A stretch of DNA of 64,000 nucleotides, from the NCBI GenBank assembly GCA_910584165.1, contig CAJTZU010000002.1, positions 9,595 through 73,594 on the forward strand. Reading direction: 5' to 3'. Position 1 is the stretch's first letter, and every line of letters begins with the position of its first letter. Origin of the DNA: an uncultured Bacilli bacterium. Lineage in GTDB: Bacteria > Bacillota_I > Bacilli_A > RF39 > UBA660. Position numbers and translations under genes: made by a program. Under the pieces are notes generated by a model that worked only from the letters and a program-made list of their open reading frames with translations, did not search any database and had not been told where the DNA came from. Shown here one piece after another: positions 32,279-40,422 of the stretch.

Positions 32279-33571
32279 TTAATAAGTCTTTCCAGGTCCT
32301 CTCCAAATATAAGATACAGAACTTCCAGAATTAGATAATAAATTTCTTTTTTCAAAGCCTTCGAAAAGTTCATCTTCACAATTCCACAAATCTTCCTCTG
32401 TTAAAGAAAGTTTCTCTAATACTAAAGCTCTATCCTCCTTAGACAAATCAGATGATAAAACAGCAATTGCTTGGTATAAATGATATTTTTTTAAAACCTC
32501 CAATACCCTAGCGTGTTTTTTTGCAATATAAGCTTTATGCTCCTCATCTATATCTTGTCTCATCAATTCTTCATATCCTAACTCTTGATATTTGTCATGA
32601 AGTGCATTTCTAACATCCCTACTAGCATAATCTTCTCCAGATAGGAAAATACCTGCTATAATAGCATCTTCTACACAATATCCTTTTCTAATCTTGTCAG
32701 AAATATATCGTCCTGGTAATTTTTCCTTAATATAAAAATGAGATAATAATATATTTCCAAGAGAAAAAGTATAAGAAGTAAAATCACGTTGCCCTTCTTT
32801 TATATAAATTTCAACCGCTTCTTCTGGACTATATCCCTTTCTAATAGAATAAAATATAGATTCATAATTATACTGATTCTCTAAGCAATACTGCGCTAAG
32901 GTAGTATCTCCCATCATAATCGTTTCATTTTTAATTCTTGGTTCACTATTAATATAATGCTCTACAGCTTCCTCTGGTGTAACACCTGTTCTTTTTAGAT
33001 AACTAAAAATAGCACTGTAATTATATTGATTTTCTAAACAATAACGAAATAAAGTAATATTACCTATCATTAAAACTTTTCGTTGATAGGAAGATACTAG
33101 TTTTTCTATTTCTTTCTCCTGATACTCTTTATCTGGATTTAAATGAGTGGATAAAAAAGTCCTAGGAACTCCTGTTAAAAGAGAAATTTTATAAATACTA
33201 TAAAGCCCTTTTCTATAGGGGTATTTCTTAGAAATATTTTTTTTGATAGTCTCTACAGCATCTTTAACAGACATACCACTTTTTAATCTACGATAAATAG
33301 GTTCTTCAGAAATGCCCTCCATAGAAGCAATTTCTGCTACTGTATACATACCTTCTTGATAAGGATATTTAATAGAAACTCTATTATTAGTTTTCGGTCT
33401 AGTCTTAAAAACAATTCCAGATTTCTTCTTACCTTCTTCAATTGCATCATAAAGACTAAATCCCTTATTTAAATATTTATAAAGAGTGGATGGTGCTAAT
33501 TCAACAATACCTGCAATTGTCTTTACTGATAATAATTTTCCTTCATATTCATATAATTTTCCTGTATACAT
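32279..33571 (-). CDS. hypothetical protein composed of ~6 tandem ~38-aa helix-turn-helix-like modules
   Basis: Repeated Y-x-Y-x-G-hY(S/T)hxEIAxxxGhSxxTLxxYL..G.S.EEAVE modules, e.g. TLFRYCLENQYNYSAIFSYLKRTGVTPEEAVEHYI vs TLAQYCLENQYNYESIFYSIRKGYSPEEAVEIYI. Confidence 0.5.
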   Translation of the reverse strand: MYTGKLYEYEGKLLSVKTIAGIVELAPSTLYKYLNKGFSLYDAIEEGKKKSGIVFKTRPKTNNRVSIKYPYQEGMYTVAEIASMEGISEEPIYRRLKSGMSVKDAVETIKKNISKKYPYRKGLYSIYKISLLTGVPRTFLSTHLNPDKEYQEKEIEKLVSSYQRKVLMIGNITLFRYCLENQYNYSAIFSYLKRTGVTPEEAVEHYINSEPRIKNETIMMGDTTLAQYCLENQYNYESIFYSIRKGYSPEEAVEIYIKEGQRDFTSYTFSLGNILLSHFYIKEKLPGRYISDKIRKGYCVEDAIIAGIFLSGEDYASRDVRNALHDKYQELGYEELMRQDIDEEHKAYIAKKHARVLEVLKKYHLYQAIAVLSSDLSKEDRALVLEKLSLTEEDLWNCEDELFEGFEKRNLLSNSGSSVSYIWRGPGKTY

Positions 33572-33579
33572 AATAATCC

Positions 33580-33816
33580 CTACTTATTGGTATTCTGATA
33601 ATAGTTTCTCTCCGAAATTTGAATAGATATATTTTCTAATTCCTCTATTTCTTCCTCTTCTAATATTCTATCAATATAATATAAGATTTCAGTTAATTGA
33701 AAACAATTTTGATAAGGAATTTCATATCTATCTAAAATAGATACTTCCTCATCCGATAACCAAATACCATGATTTCTTTCTTTTAAAAATTTTTTTTCAA
33801 AATCTATTTCTTCCAT
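33580..33816 (-). CDS. hypothetical small acidic protein
   Basis: ORF only. Confidence 0.35.
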   Translation of the reverse strand: MEEIDFEKKFLKERNHGIWLSDEEVSILDRYEIPYQNCFQLTEILYYIDRILEEEEIEELENISIQISERNYYQNTNK

Positions 33817-33819
33817 ATT

Positions 33820-34689
33820 TTACTCCGTATAAAGTGTAATGATTCCCTCTCTATGAAGTTCTAAAATTTTAGTCCATACATCATCTTCTACATAACGATT
33901 TTTTTTAGGATGAACTAAATAACGAATAAAGAATTCCATGTGACTATCCACTACCTTCATATAAACAATTGGATCTAATTTATTATAATAAATTCTATAA
34001 TCTAAACTAATCTCTTCCATTTCACTCTGCATTTTTTTAGGAATTCTTTTAACTACTTCATTTTGATTGATGATTTCTAATAACTTCTTCTTTGTTTCTC
34101 CCACATCAGCATCTAAAGTAGTTTTAACAATGATTTCTGTCCAAATATATTTAAAATTCTTATCCTCATTTTTAATAGGTGTTGTAAGAGCAAATGAATT
34201 TGGTACATTAATAGCAATACCAGTGCTTTGAGAACCATTTTCATTATTATTTACTTCTAATAATTCAAAATTAAGAGTACTAATATTAATAACATCACCC
34301 TTAATGCCATTTACTTCAATTCTATCTTCAATAACAAACGGTTTTTTTATTTTAATATAAATACCTGCAAAAAAGTTAAAAATAAGTTCTCTTAAAGCTA
34401 GTGTTAAAGCAGCTGATATAAAACTGATAATTGTAATAATATTATCCAAAAATTTATCCCATAAAATAAAGATAATAATAACATTCATACTTGTTAAAAC
34501 AATATTACAAATCTGATAATAATGATAAGCTTTCTTCTGTTCAAAAATCATTAAAATATTTTTTAAACAAACCTTAACAATTTTAAATATTAAAAAGGAT
34601 AACAATGTTAAAAGAATCGATAAAAAGATTTCATTATCAATACCTGTACTTTCTTCTACCCAAAGACTAAAATCTTCTAAGTATTTCAT
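33820..34689 (-). CDS. mechanosensitive ion channel, MscS family
   Basis: 3 TM helices followed by FAGIYIKIKKPFVIEDRIEVNGIKGDVINIS beta-domain signature. Confidence 0.7.
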   Translation of the reverse strand: MKYLEDFSLWVEESTGIDNEIFLSILLTLLSFLIFKIVKVCLKNILMIFEQKKAYHYYQICNIVLTSMNVIIIFILWDKFLDNIITIISFISAALTLALRELIFNFFAGIYIKIKKPFVIEDRIEVNGIKGDVINISTLNFELLEVNNNENGSQSTGIAINVPNSFALTTPIKNEDKNFKYIWTEIIVKTTLDADVGETKKKLLEIINQNEVVKRIPKKMQSEMEEISLDYRIYYNKLDPIVYMKVVDSHMEFFIRYLVHPKKNRYVEDDVWTKILELHREGIITLYTE

Positions 34690-34770
34690 AAATCACCTCT
34701 AAACACAATTATGACATCATAACATATTTTATCTACTAAGTCAAAAAATTATGCACATATATGTACATAA

Positions 34771-35811
34771 CTATTTTTGTTTCTCTGACTTTTTTGTTAA
34801 ATAATCTTCTAAAGTGTATTGTAACGTTTCAATACGCATATCTACCTGTTTTTCATTTGCCAGAATACCATTTTCATCTAAGCAATTCTCTACTGCTCTA
34901 GCAGCGTTACAAAGATTAGATTCATCGCTACTAAGTAAATCTGTAGCGCCTGTTACCTCATGAATAATTAGCCATCTTCCTTCAATACACTCTAATACAT
35001 ATTCTGAAGCAGTATACGTACTTTTTGTTCGGTTAACATAATCTGTTTTTACTTTCAGATAAATTTTTTGAATTAAATCTGTAGTACGCTTAGAATATTG
35101 AGTATTATTAAATATAGTACCTGTATAAACAGTAGTTTCCCTATTTTTTCCAATCTCTGCTTTTTCATCAATACAAGTTAAATAAGCGGTTCTATACCCA
35201 TAACTAGTTTCTTTTGCCTCTTCATAACATTTTAATACCTCTAATATTTCTTGTGGGGTTGGAGTCTTTTTTAAATTAATAAAACGAATTAACGTCATAA
35301 GAGCTTCTTCATCTACATCAAGCTGATAAATAGTCCTACTAGTATAGTAATAAAAAGATATTCCATCTTCTACTTGCATACCAATTTCTTTTGGCCAATT
35401 AGGATCTGTTATTTCAATTTCTTCATCAATATATTTTCTTTCTTTACTAATAACTTCATACGTTAGTAATTCTCCGTCTAAAACAACAGGAATATCTAAA
35501 GATTGCTCAATAAATTTGCGTAATTCCTCCTTCAATAAAATAATACGAGCAGAAATCTGCTTTTCTACACTAGTAGTATTACGATTCATCTCTTCTAATT
35601 CTTGACAATCCCGTAATAATATTTCTAATTCCTGTGGCACTGTAGTTTCTACATAAGTATCTATTGGAACTTCTACTATATTTGCCTCACTTGAAGGCAA
35701 TAATATTGTAGTTGTTAATAATAAAACTGATAATGATTTTACCAATGTGATACGACTAGGAATCTTTCCTCTTCTATTTATCCTCATATTACCCCACCTT
35801 ATTATCTTCAT
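34771..35811 (-). CDS. hypothetical secreted protein
   Basis: N-terminal signal/anchor; no motifs. Confidence 0.4.
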   Translation of the reverse strand: MKIIRWGNMRINRRGKIPSRITLVKSLSVLLLTTTILLPSSEANIVEVPIDTYVETTVPQELEILLRDCQELEEMNRNTTSVEKQISARIILLKEELRKFIEQSLDIPVVLDGELLTYEVISKERKYIDEEIEITDPNWPKEIGMQVEDGISFYYYTSRTIYQLDVDEEALMTLIRFINLKKTPTPQEILEVLKCYEEAKETSYGYRTAYLTCIDEKAEIGKNRETTVYTGTIFNNTQYSKRTTDLIQKIYLKVKTDYVNRTKSTYTASEYVLECIEGRWLIIHEVTGATDLLSSDESNLCNAARAVENCLDENGILANEKQVDMRIETLQYTLEDYLTKKSEKQK

Positions 35812-35841
35812 TATACCATAAGATTTTTAAAAAAAAGACAA

Positions 35842-37089
35842 TTATTCATTGTCTTTACATTTTTCTAATTCATAAATAGCTGATAATACTCCTAATTTTC
35901 CATATTCATAAGTAAGTCCACCTTGTTGATAAGCAATGTAAGGCTCTCGAATTGGTCCATCACAAGATAGTTCAATAGAAGAACCTTGTGTGAATGTTCC
36001 TGCTGCCATAATCACTTTATCCGTATAACCTGGCATATCCCATGGTTCTGGAACTGCAAAAGCATCTATTGGAGAGCCTTTTTGAATACCTTGGCAATAT
36101 TTAATTAACTTATTTGGGTCATGAAAACATATATTTTGAACAATATCAGCTCTTGTTTCATTCCATTTAGGTTCTACTTCATAACCTAATTTTTCTAATA
36201 CTTTACTAGTCAAAACCGCTGTTTTTAAGCTACTTGCTACTACACTAGGAGATAAAAATAATCCCTGTGCAATAGACTTATTAATTCCTAAACTTGGGCC
36301 TACTTCTCTTCCTTCTCCAGGTAAAGTTAATCTTTCTGAAGCTAATTCTACTAACTCTTTACGTCCTGCAATATAAGCACCATTAGGAGCAATGCCTCCT
36401 CCTAAATTTTTAATTAAAGAACCCACAATAACATCAGCTCCTACCATTGTAGGCTCTTTTTCAGATACAAACTCACAATAGCAGTTATCTATCATAATTA
36501 TTACATTTTTATCAATTGTTCTAATATCTTTTATAATTTTCTCTACCTTGTCAATTGTTATACTTTTACGACTAGAGTATCCTTTAGAGCGTTGAATTTC
36601 TATCAACTTTACAGTATTATTGTTTAAATATTGTAAAATTGCATCTGTATCAAAATCATTTTCTTTCAACTCTATTTGGTCATATTTTATTCCAAAAGAT
36701 TTTAAAGAACTAGCATTCTCTTCTATCCCTATTACTTCATGTAATGTATCATATGGTGTACCTGTAATACTAAGCATTAAATCGCCTGGACGAAGATAGG
36801 CAAATAATGCAACAGTTAAGGCATGACTACCTGAAATAAACTGACTTCTAACTAATGCATCTTCTGCTCCTAGTACTTGCGCAAATACTTTTTCAATTGT
36901 ATCTCTTCCGATATCATCATATCCATATCCTGTAGTGGAACCAAAATGAGCATCTGAAAAATTATATTTTTGAAAAGCATCTATTACCCTTTTAGAATTA
37001 GCAAATTCTAATTCTTCTATCTTTTTAAATTCATCTTGTACTTCTTTTTCACTTTCTTCTACTAATTCTTTTAATTCCTCATAACTCAT
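35842..37089 (-). CDS. PLP-dependent Cys/Met-metabolism family enzyme (YnbB / aluminium-resistance protein family)
   Basis: Overall YnbB-like sequence (N-terminus MSYEELKELVEESEKEV..., GSTTGYGYDD, lysine-containing region). Confidence 0.6.
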   Translation of the reverse strand: MSYEELKELVEESEKEVQDEFKKIEELEFANSKRVIDAFQKYNFSDAHFGSTTGYGYDDIGRDTIEKVFAQVLGAEDALVRSQFISGSHALTVALFAYLRPGDLMLSITGTPYDTLHEVIGIEENASSLKSFGIKYDQIELKENDFDTDAILQYLNNNTVKLIEIQRSKGYSSRKSITIDKVEKIIKDIRTIDKNVIIMIDNCYCEFVSEKEPTMVGADVIVGSLIKNLGGGIAPNGAYIAGRKELVELASERLTLPGEGREVGPSLGINKSIAQGLFLSPSVVASSLKTAVLTSKVLEKLGYEVEPKWNETRADIVQNICFHDPNKLIKYCQGIQKGSPIDAFAVPEPWDMPGYTDKVIMAAGTFTQGSSIELSCDGPIREPYIAYQQGGLTYEYGKLGVLSAIYELEKCKDNE

Positions 37090-37811
37090 AAAATTCCTCC
37101 ATCTACGCGAATTACTTCATTATTGATATATTTTGCTTGAGGGCTTGCTAAAAAGACAACAACATTAGCAATTTCTTCTGGCTCAGCAAATCGACGAACT
37201 AGTATTTTTTCACATTCTTCCTTAATATACTCTTCATCTAATTCTTTAATCATTTCTGTATTAACCCATCCTGGCGCTACTGCATTTACTCTAACATTAG
37301 GAGAATATTCAACTGCTAAATTATGAGTTAAAGAAATTAATCCAGCCTTAGAAGCATCATAATCTAAGCTATAGGGATAATAAGTATCTATTCCATTTGT
37401 AGACGTAATATTAATAATAGAACTTCCCTCATTCATATACTTTTTACATTCTCTTGCACATAAAAATGCACCAATTAAATTTACTTTCAGTGTTCTTTCA
37501 AAATCTATTACTGTTTTATCTTCCACCAATGTATCAATAGCAATTCCTGCATTATTTACTAAAACGTCTATTTTTCCATAAGTATCTACTACTTTTTTTA
37601 CCATTTCTCTTACTTCATCTTCATTCGATATATCTGCCTTAACTATCATAGAAGAATTTCCCATTTCTTCTATTTTATTTTTTACCTCTAATGCTCTTTC
37701 TTCACTACTACGATAATTAATAATGACAGTATCTTTTTCTTTAGCAAAAGCAAATGTTATGGCAGAGCCAATCCCACGGCTTGCGCCTGTTATTAATACA
37801 ACTCTATTCAT
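37086..37811 (-). CDS. SDR-family oxidoreductase (3-oxoacyl-ACP reductase FabG-like)
   Basis: TGASRGIG Rossmann motif, NNAG, YxxxK; 4-bp overlap with downstream PLP enzyme gene. Confidence 0.75.
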   Translation of the reverse strand: MNRVVLITGASRGIGSAITFAFAKEKDTVIINYRSSEERALEVKNKIEEMGNSSMIVKADISNEDEVREMVKKVVDTYGKIDVLVNNAGIAIDTLVEDKTVIDFERTLKVNLIGAFLCARECKKYMNEGSSIINITSTNGIDTYYPYSLDYDASKAGLISLTHNLAVEYSPNVRVNAVAPGWVNTEMIKELDEEYIKEECEKILVRRFAEPEEIANVVVFLASPQAKYINNEVIRVDGGIL

Positions 37812-37927
37812 AAAATCCTCCTAAATATTTCTTATTCATTATAACAATTTTCATACACAAAGTCTATCACAACTAGTATTTACTTACTAGTTATGGTATA
37901 GTTAGCATGTAGAAAGTAGTTGATGAT

Positions 37928-38221
37928 ATGTTTTCATTTTTTAAAAAGCCAGAAAATATCGTACTTCCTTCTGAATTTCAGGATTTTCCTGCCTATACTG
38001 GAATTATAAAAAAAGGACCAATTTTAATTGATAAAACAGAGTACTCTAGAATCTCCTATTATGTAAAAGGAGGAATAGAAGAATATAAACAAGTTTTAAA
38101 TAATTATGGATATAGTCAAAAGTCAGAAGTAAAATTTCAAAATCAATTTAATGATAATTATATTATTATTGAAAAAGAAGGTTTCGTACAATATAAAATT
38201 GCTTATCATAAAAAAAAGTAG
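37928..38221 (+). CDS. hypothetical protein
   Basis: ORF; TGnTATAGT extended -10 about 25 nt upstream. Confidence 0.35.
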   Translation: MFSFFKKPENIVLPSEFQDFPAYTGIIKKGPILIDKTEYSRISYYVKGGIEEYKQVLNNYGYSQKSEVKFQNQFNDNYIIIEKEGFVQYKIAYHKKK

Positions 38222-38226
38222 ATATT

Positions 38227-38934
38227 CTACTTTTTTCTTTTACTACTAATAATTGGATATTTGAAAGAATACTGCCATCCAGACTCTTTGGTTACCTCAA
38301 AACCATCTTTCTCTTGCAGTTTTGCTAAAGCATAAATCTCATCTACATAACTACCATAACTAATAAGAGCACTAGGAATTGCTAGATTACTAGAATGTAC
38401 ACAACCGCACATTGCTAAAAAGAATTCCTTATGCTCTTTTGTTGCTTTTCTAATAATCATACGAGTTGCTTCACATGGCATAATTCCTACCACTAAATCA
38501 TAAGACTCTACTGACATTTCTTCTGTAAAGCATTCTTTATGCAATGCAATATTTCCTAATCTATCCACAATTAAATCTGGATCATAAACAGTAATCGTTC
38601 CTTTACTTCCATTTTCTTGTTGAAATTCATCTACATATTTTGAAAACATTGGAAAAAAACCTCCACCTATTTCTAAAATATGAGAATTCCATCCATATCT
38701 TTCCCCTATCATATTAGCAAATCCTAAGTAACAGTTTTCATCCTCATTTAAAATACCAAATAAAGCATAAATTTGTTTTAATAAATCTGTCGTATCACTA
38801 ATTGGCATTCTCTCTAAAAAATGTTCTTCAATAAATTGAACTGCTAAATCAGGATATTTATCTTGATAAATTTTTAAATAATGAGATAGCATTTTTAAAT
38901 AAACAATTTTATCTATTTCACTTATTCTAGACAT
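38227..38934 (-). CDS. hypothetical Rossmann-fold protein (SAM-methyltransferase-like GxGxG), downstream of RT
   Basis: HILEIGGGFF (motif I-like), TVYDPD (acidic post-I), DLVVGIMPCEA; strong SD AAAGGGGA 7 nt before ATG. Confidence 0.4.
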   Translation of the reverse strand: MSRISEIDKIVYLKMLSHYLKIYQDKYPDLAVQFIEEHFLERMPISDTTDLLKQIYALFGILNEDENCYLGFANMIGERYGWNSHILEIGGGFFPMFSKYVDEFQQENGSKGTITVYDPDLIVDRLGNIALHKECFTEEMSVESYDLVVGIMPCEATRMIIRKATKEHKEFFLAMCGCVHSSNLAIPSALISYGSYVDEIYALAKLQEKDGFEVTKESGWQYSFKYPIISSKRKK

Positions 38935-38969
38935 AAAAAATCCCCTTTTTATGAGTAGTTATTCTAACA

Positions 38970-38997
38970 TAAGAAAAAAGAGTTGTCAAAACTCTTT
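38970..38997 (-). terminator. terminator/attenuator-like hairpin overlapping RT stop codon
   Basis: Minus strand aaagagtt-ttgac-aactcttt followed by UUUUCUUAU; stop codon TGA lies in loop. Confidence 0.4.
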
Positions 38998-40173
38998 AAA
39001 TTTATAATAAGCATTTACAAGGCTTTTATAACCATTTTCTTTTAATAATTGATAAGGAACTTTCCACTGATTACTTTCATGATAATTACCAGTCATAATA
39101 TATCTTAAATTTTTTTGAAAATAATTATCAATCTCGCGTAACCCAGAAACACTATTAATAACAGGAAAATACCAAATACTCCAATTTAATTCTTTCCCTT
39201 TTTTCTCATAAAAAAATTTATAATTGAAAATAGTATTCATAGATTTTAAAGCTTTTTCTAATGGAATATTTTTTCTAATTGCCCATCTTCTAAGTGCTTT
39301 AGCTTTTCTTTTTATTTTAGTCTTCATTTTCTCTTTTGCATGATTTGATAAATCTATGGTTCCTTGAAAGTAAGAAAATCCCAAAAATTCAAGTTTCTCA
39401 TTAGGAGTATAGTATTTTTCTTTAGAAAGATTGATTTCTAAGCTTGCTTCTTTAAAATATTGCTTTATAAAAAAGACTTTCTTTTCTAGCTCTTCTTTTG
39501 TACTAGCAAATAAAATAATATCATCTGCATATCTAGCATAATTACTATCCTTCATTTGAAAATCTAATGGTGATAAATATATATTAGATAAAAAGCAAGA
39601 AATGGGAGTTCCTGCCATTACTCCTTTTTTCTCATATAAGATTTTTCCATCATACAGAACTCTATCATCCAATAATATTTTCTCTAATAACCGATAACTT
39701 TTTTCATCTATTTTTCCATTTAATATTTCTAGTAAAGAATCTATCGGTATACTATTAAAGTAATTTTGAATATCCACCTTATAACCATAACCAGAAAAAG
39801 ACTTTTGAATTGATAAAAATGCTTGTTTTGGTCCTACTTTTCTCCTAAAAGAATAACAATTATCACACAAAAGGAATTCATACTCTGAAAAAAGAAAATG
39901 AATCATCTTTAAAATAATATTCTCTTCTTCTCTAAATTGATAAATAACTCTTTTTTTAGAAGAATGATTTTTATTAATTAACTTTTTTTGAGGAATCGAA
40001 AAAGTATATGCTTCTTCTACTATCTTTTGAGAAATGGGTAAATATCTTTTTTCTTCTATATATTGTTTTAATTTTTGATATTCTCTTTTCTTTAGATTTT
40101 TTTCTTCTAAAAATTGAAGCCATTTATCATGATTTATTAAACCGTCTAACACAGACACTATTTTCACCACCAT
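38986..40173 (-). CDS. reverse transcriptase (RNA-directed DNA polymerase), orphan group-II-intron-like/DGR-like class, no endonuclease domain
   Basis: RT motifs 1-7: KKRVIYQF / CYSFRRKVGPKQAF / DIQNYFNSI / AGTPISCFLSNIYLSPLD / YARYADDIIL / LEINLSKEK / LEFLGFSY; thumb-like C-terminus; 395 aa. Confidence 0.85.
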   Translation of the reverse strand: MVVKIVSVLDGLINHDKWLQFLEEKNLKKREYQKLKQYIEEKRYLPISQKIVEEAYTFSIPQKKLINKNHSSKKRVIYQFREEENIILKMIHFLFSEYEFLLCDNCYSFRRKVGPKQAFLSIQKSFSGYGYKVDIQNYFNSIPIDSLLEILNGKIDEKSYRLLEKILLDDRVLYDGKILYEKKGVMAGTPISCFLSNIYLSPLDFQMKDSNYARYADDIILFASTKEELEKKVFFIKQYFKEASLEINLSKEKYYTPNEKLEFLGFSYFQGTIDLSNHAKEKMKTKIKRKAKALRRWAIRKNIPLEKALKSMNTIFNYKFFYEKKGKELNWSIWYFPVINSVSGLREIDNYFQKNLRYIMTGNYHESNQWKVPYQLLKENGYKSLVNAYYKFKEF

Positions 40174-40298
40174 GGAAGAGAAAAAATTGAATAATCAATA
40201 TATTGATTAATGACTGGATTATATATATCAAAGTCACTTGCAAAACATCATACATGATATACTGAATCCCCTACAAGTGTGTTTCCACATCTCTTCCA
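40174..40298 (-). ncRNA. candidate structured 5-prime leader / ncRNA upstream of RT (terminal 9-nt inverted repeats, GAAA-tetraloop hairpin)
   Basis: Minus-strand transcript predicted to start at UGGAAGAGA (40298-40290) and end at UCUCUUCCA overlapping AUG (40181-40173); internal ugug-GAAA-caca hairpin. Confidence 0.3.
40192..40209. promoter_or_regulatory. 18-bp perfect palindrome TAATCAATATATTGATTA, candidate operator, 18 bp upstream of RT start
   Basis: Exact self-reverse-complement verified by hand. Confidence 0.45.
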
Positions 40299-40303
40299 AA
40301 ATC

Positions 40304-40336
40304 ATTATAGCAGTTCCTTTCTACAAAGTCTATTTC
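40304..40336 (-). promoter_or_regulatory. extended -10 promoter (TGcTATAAT) driving RT leader
   Basis: Minus-strand tagact-17-TGcTATAAT; predicted TSS ~7 nt downstream coincides with 5-prime inverted repeat. Confidence 0.45.
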
Positions 40337-40422
40337 TATAAAATGACATTTTTCTAATCTTTTAGTAGCATATTTTAAAAAAATTCAGTATAATACAACT
40401 ACAAAGAAGGAAGGAAGTATTT

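Noticed and set aside
38986-40422. Group II intron interpretation of the RT
   Set aside because: Only ~250 bp upstream and 51 bp downstream of the ORF are non-coding, which is insufficient for ribozyme domains I-III and V-VI. No GUGYG 5-prime end or domain-V-like hairpin was seen, and there is no En/HNH domain. An intron relic cannot be fully excluded without HMM/covariance searches.
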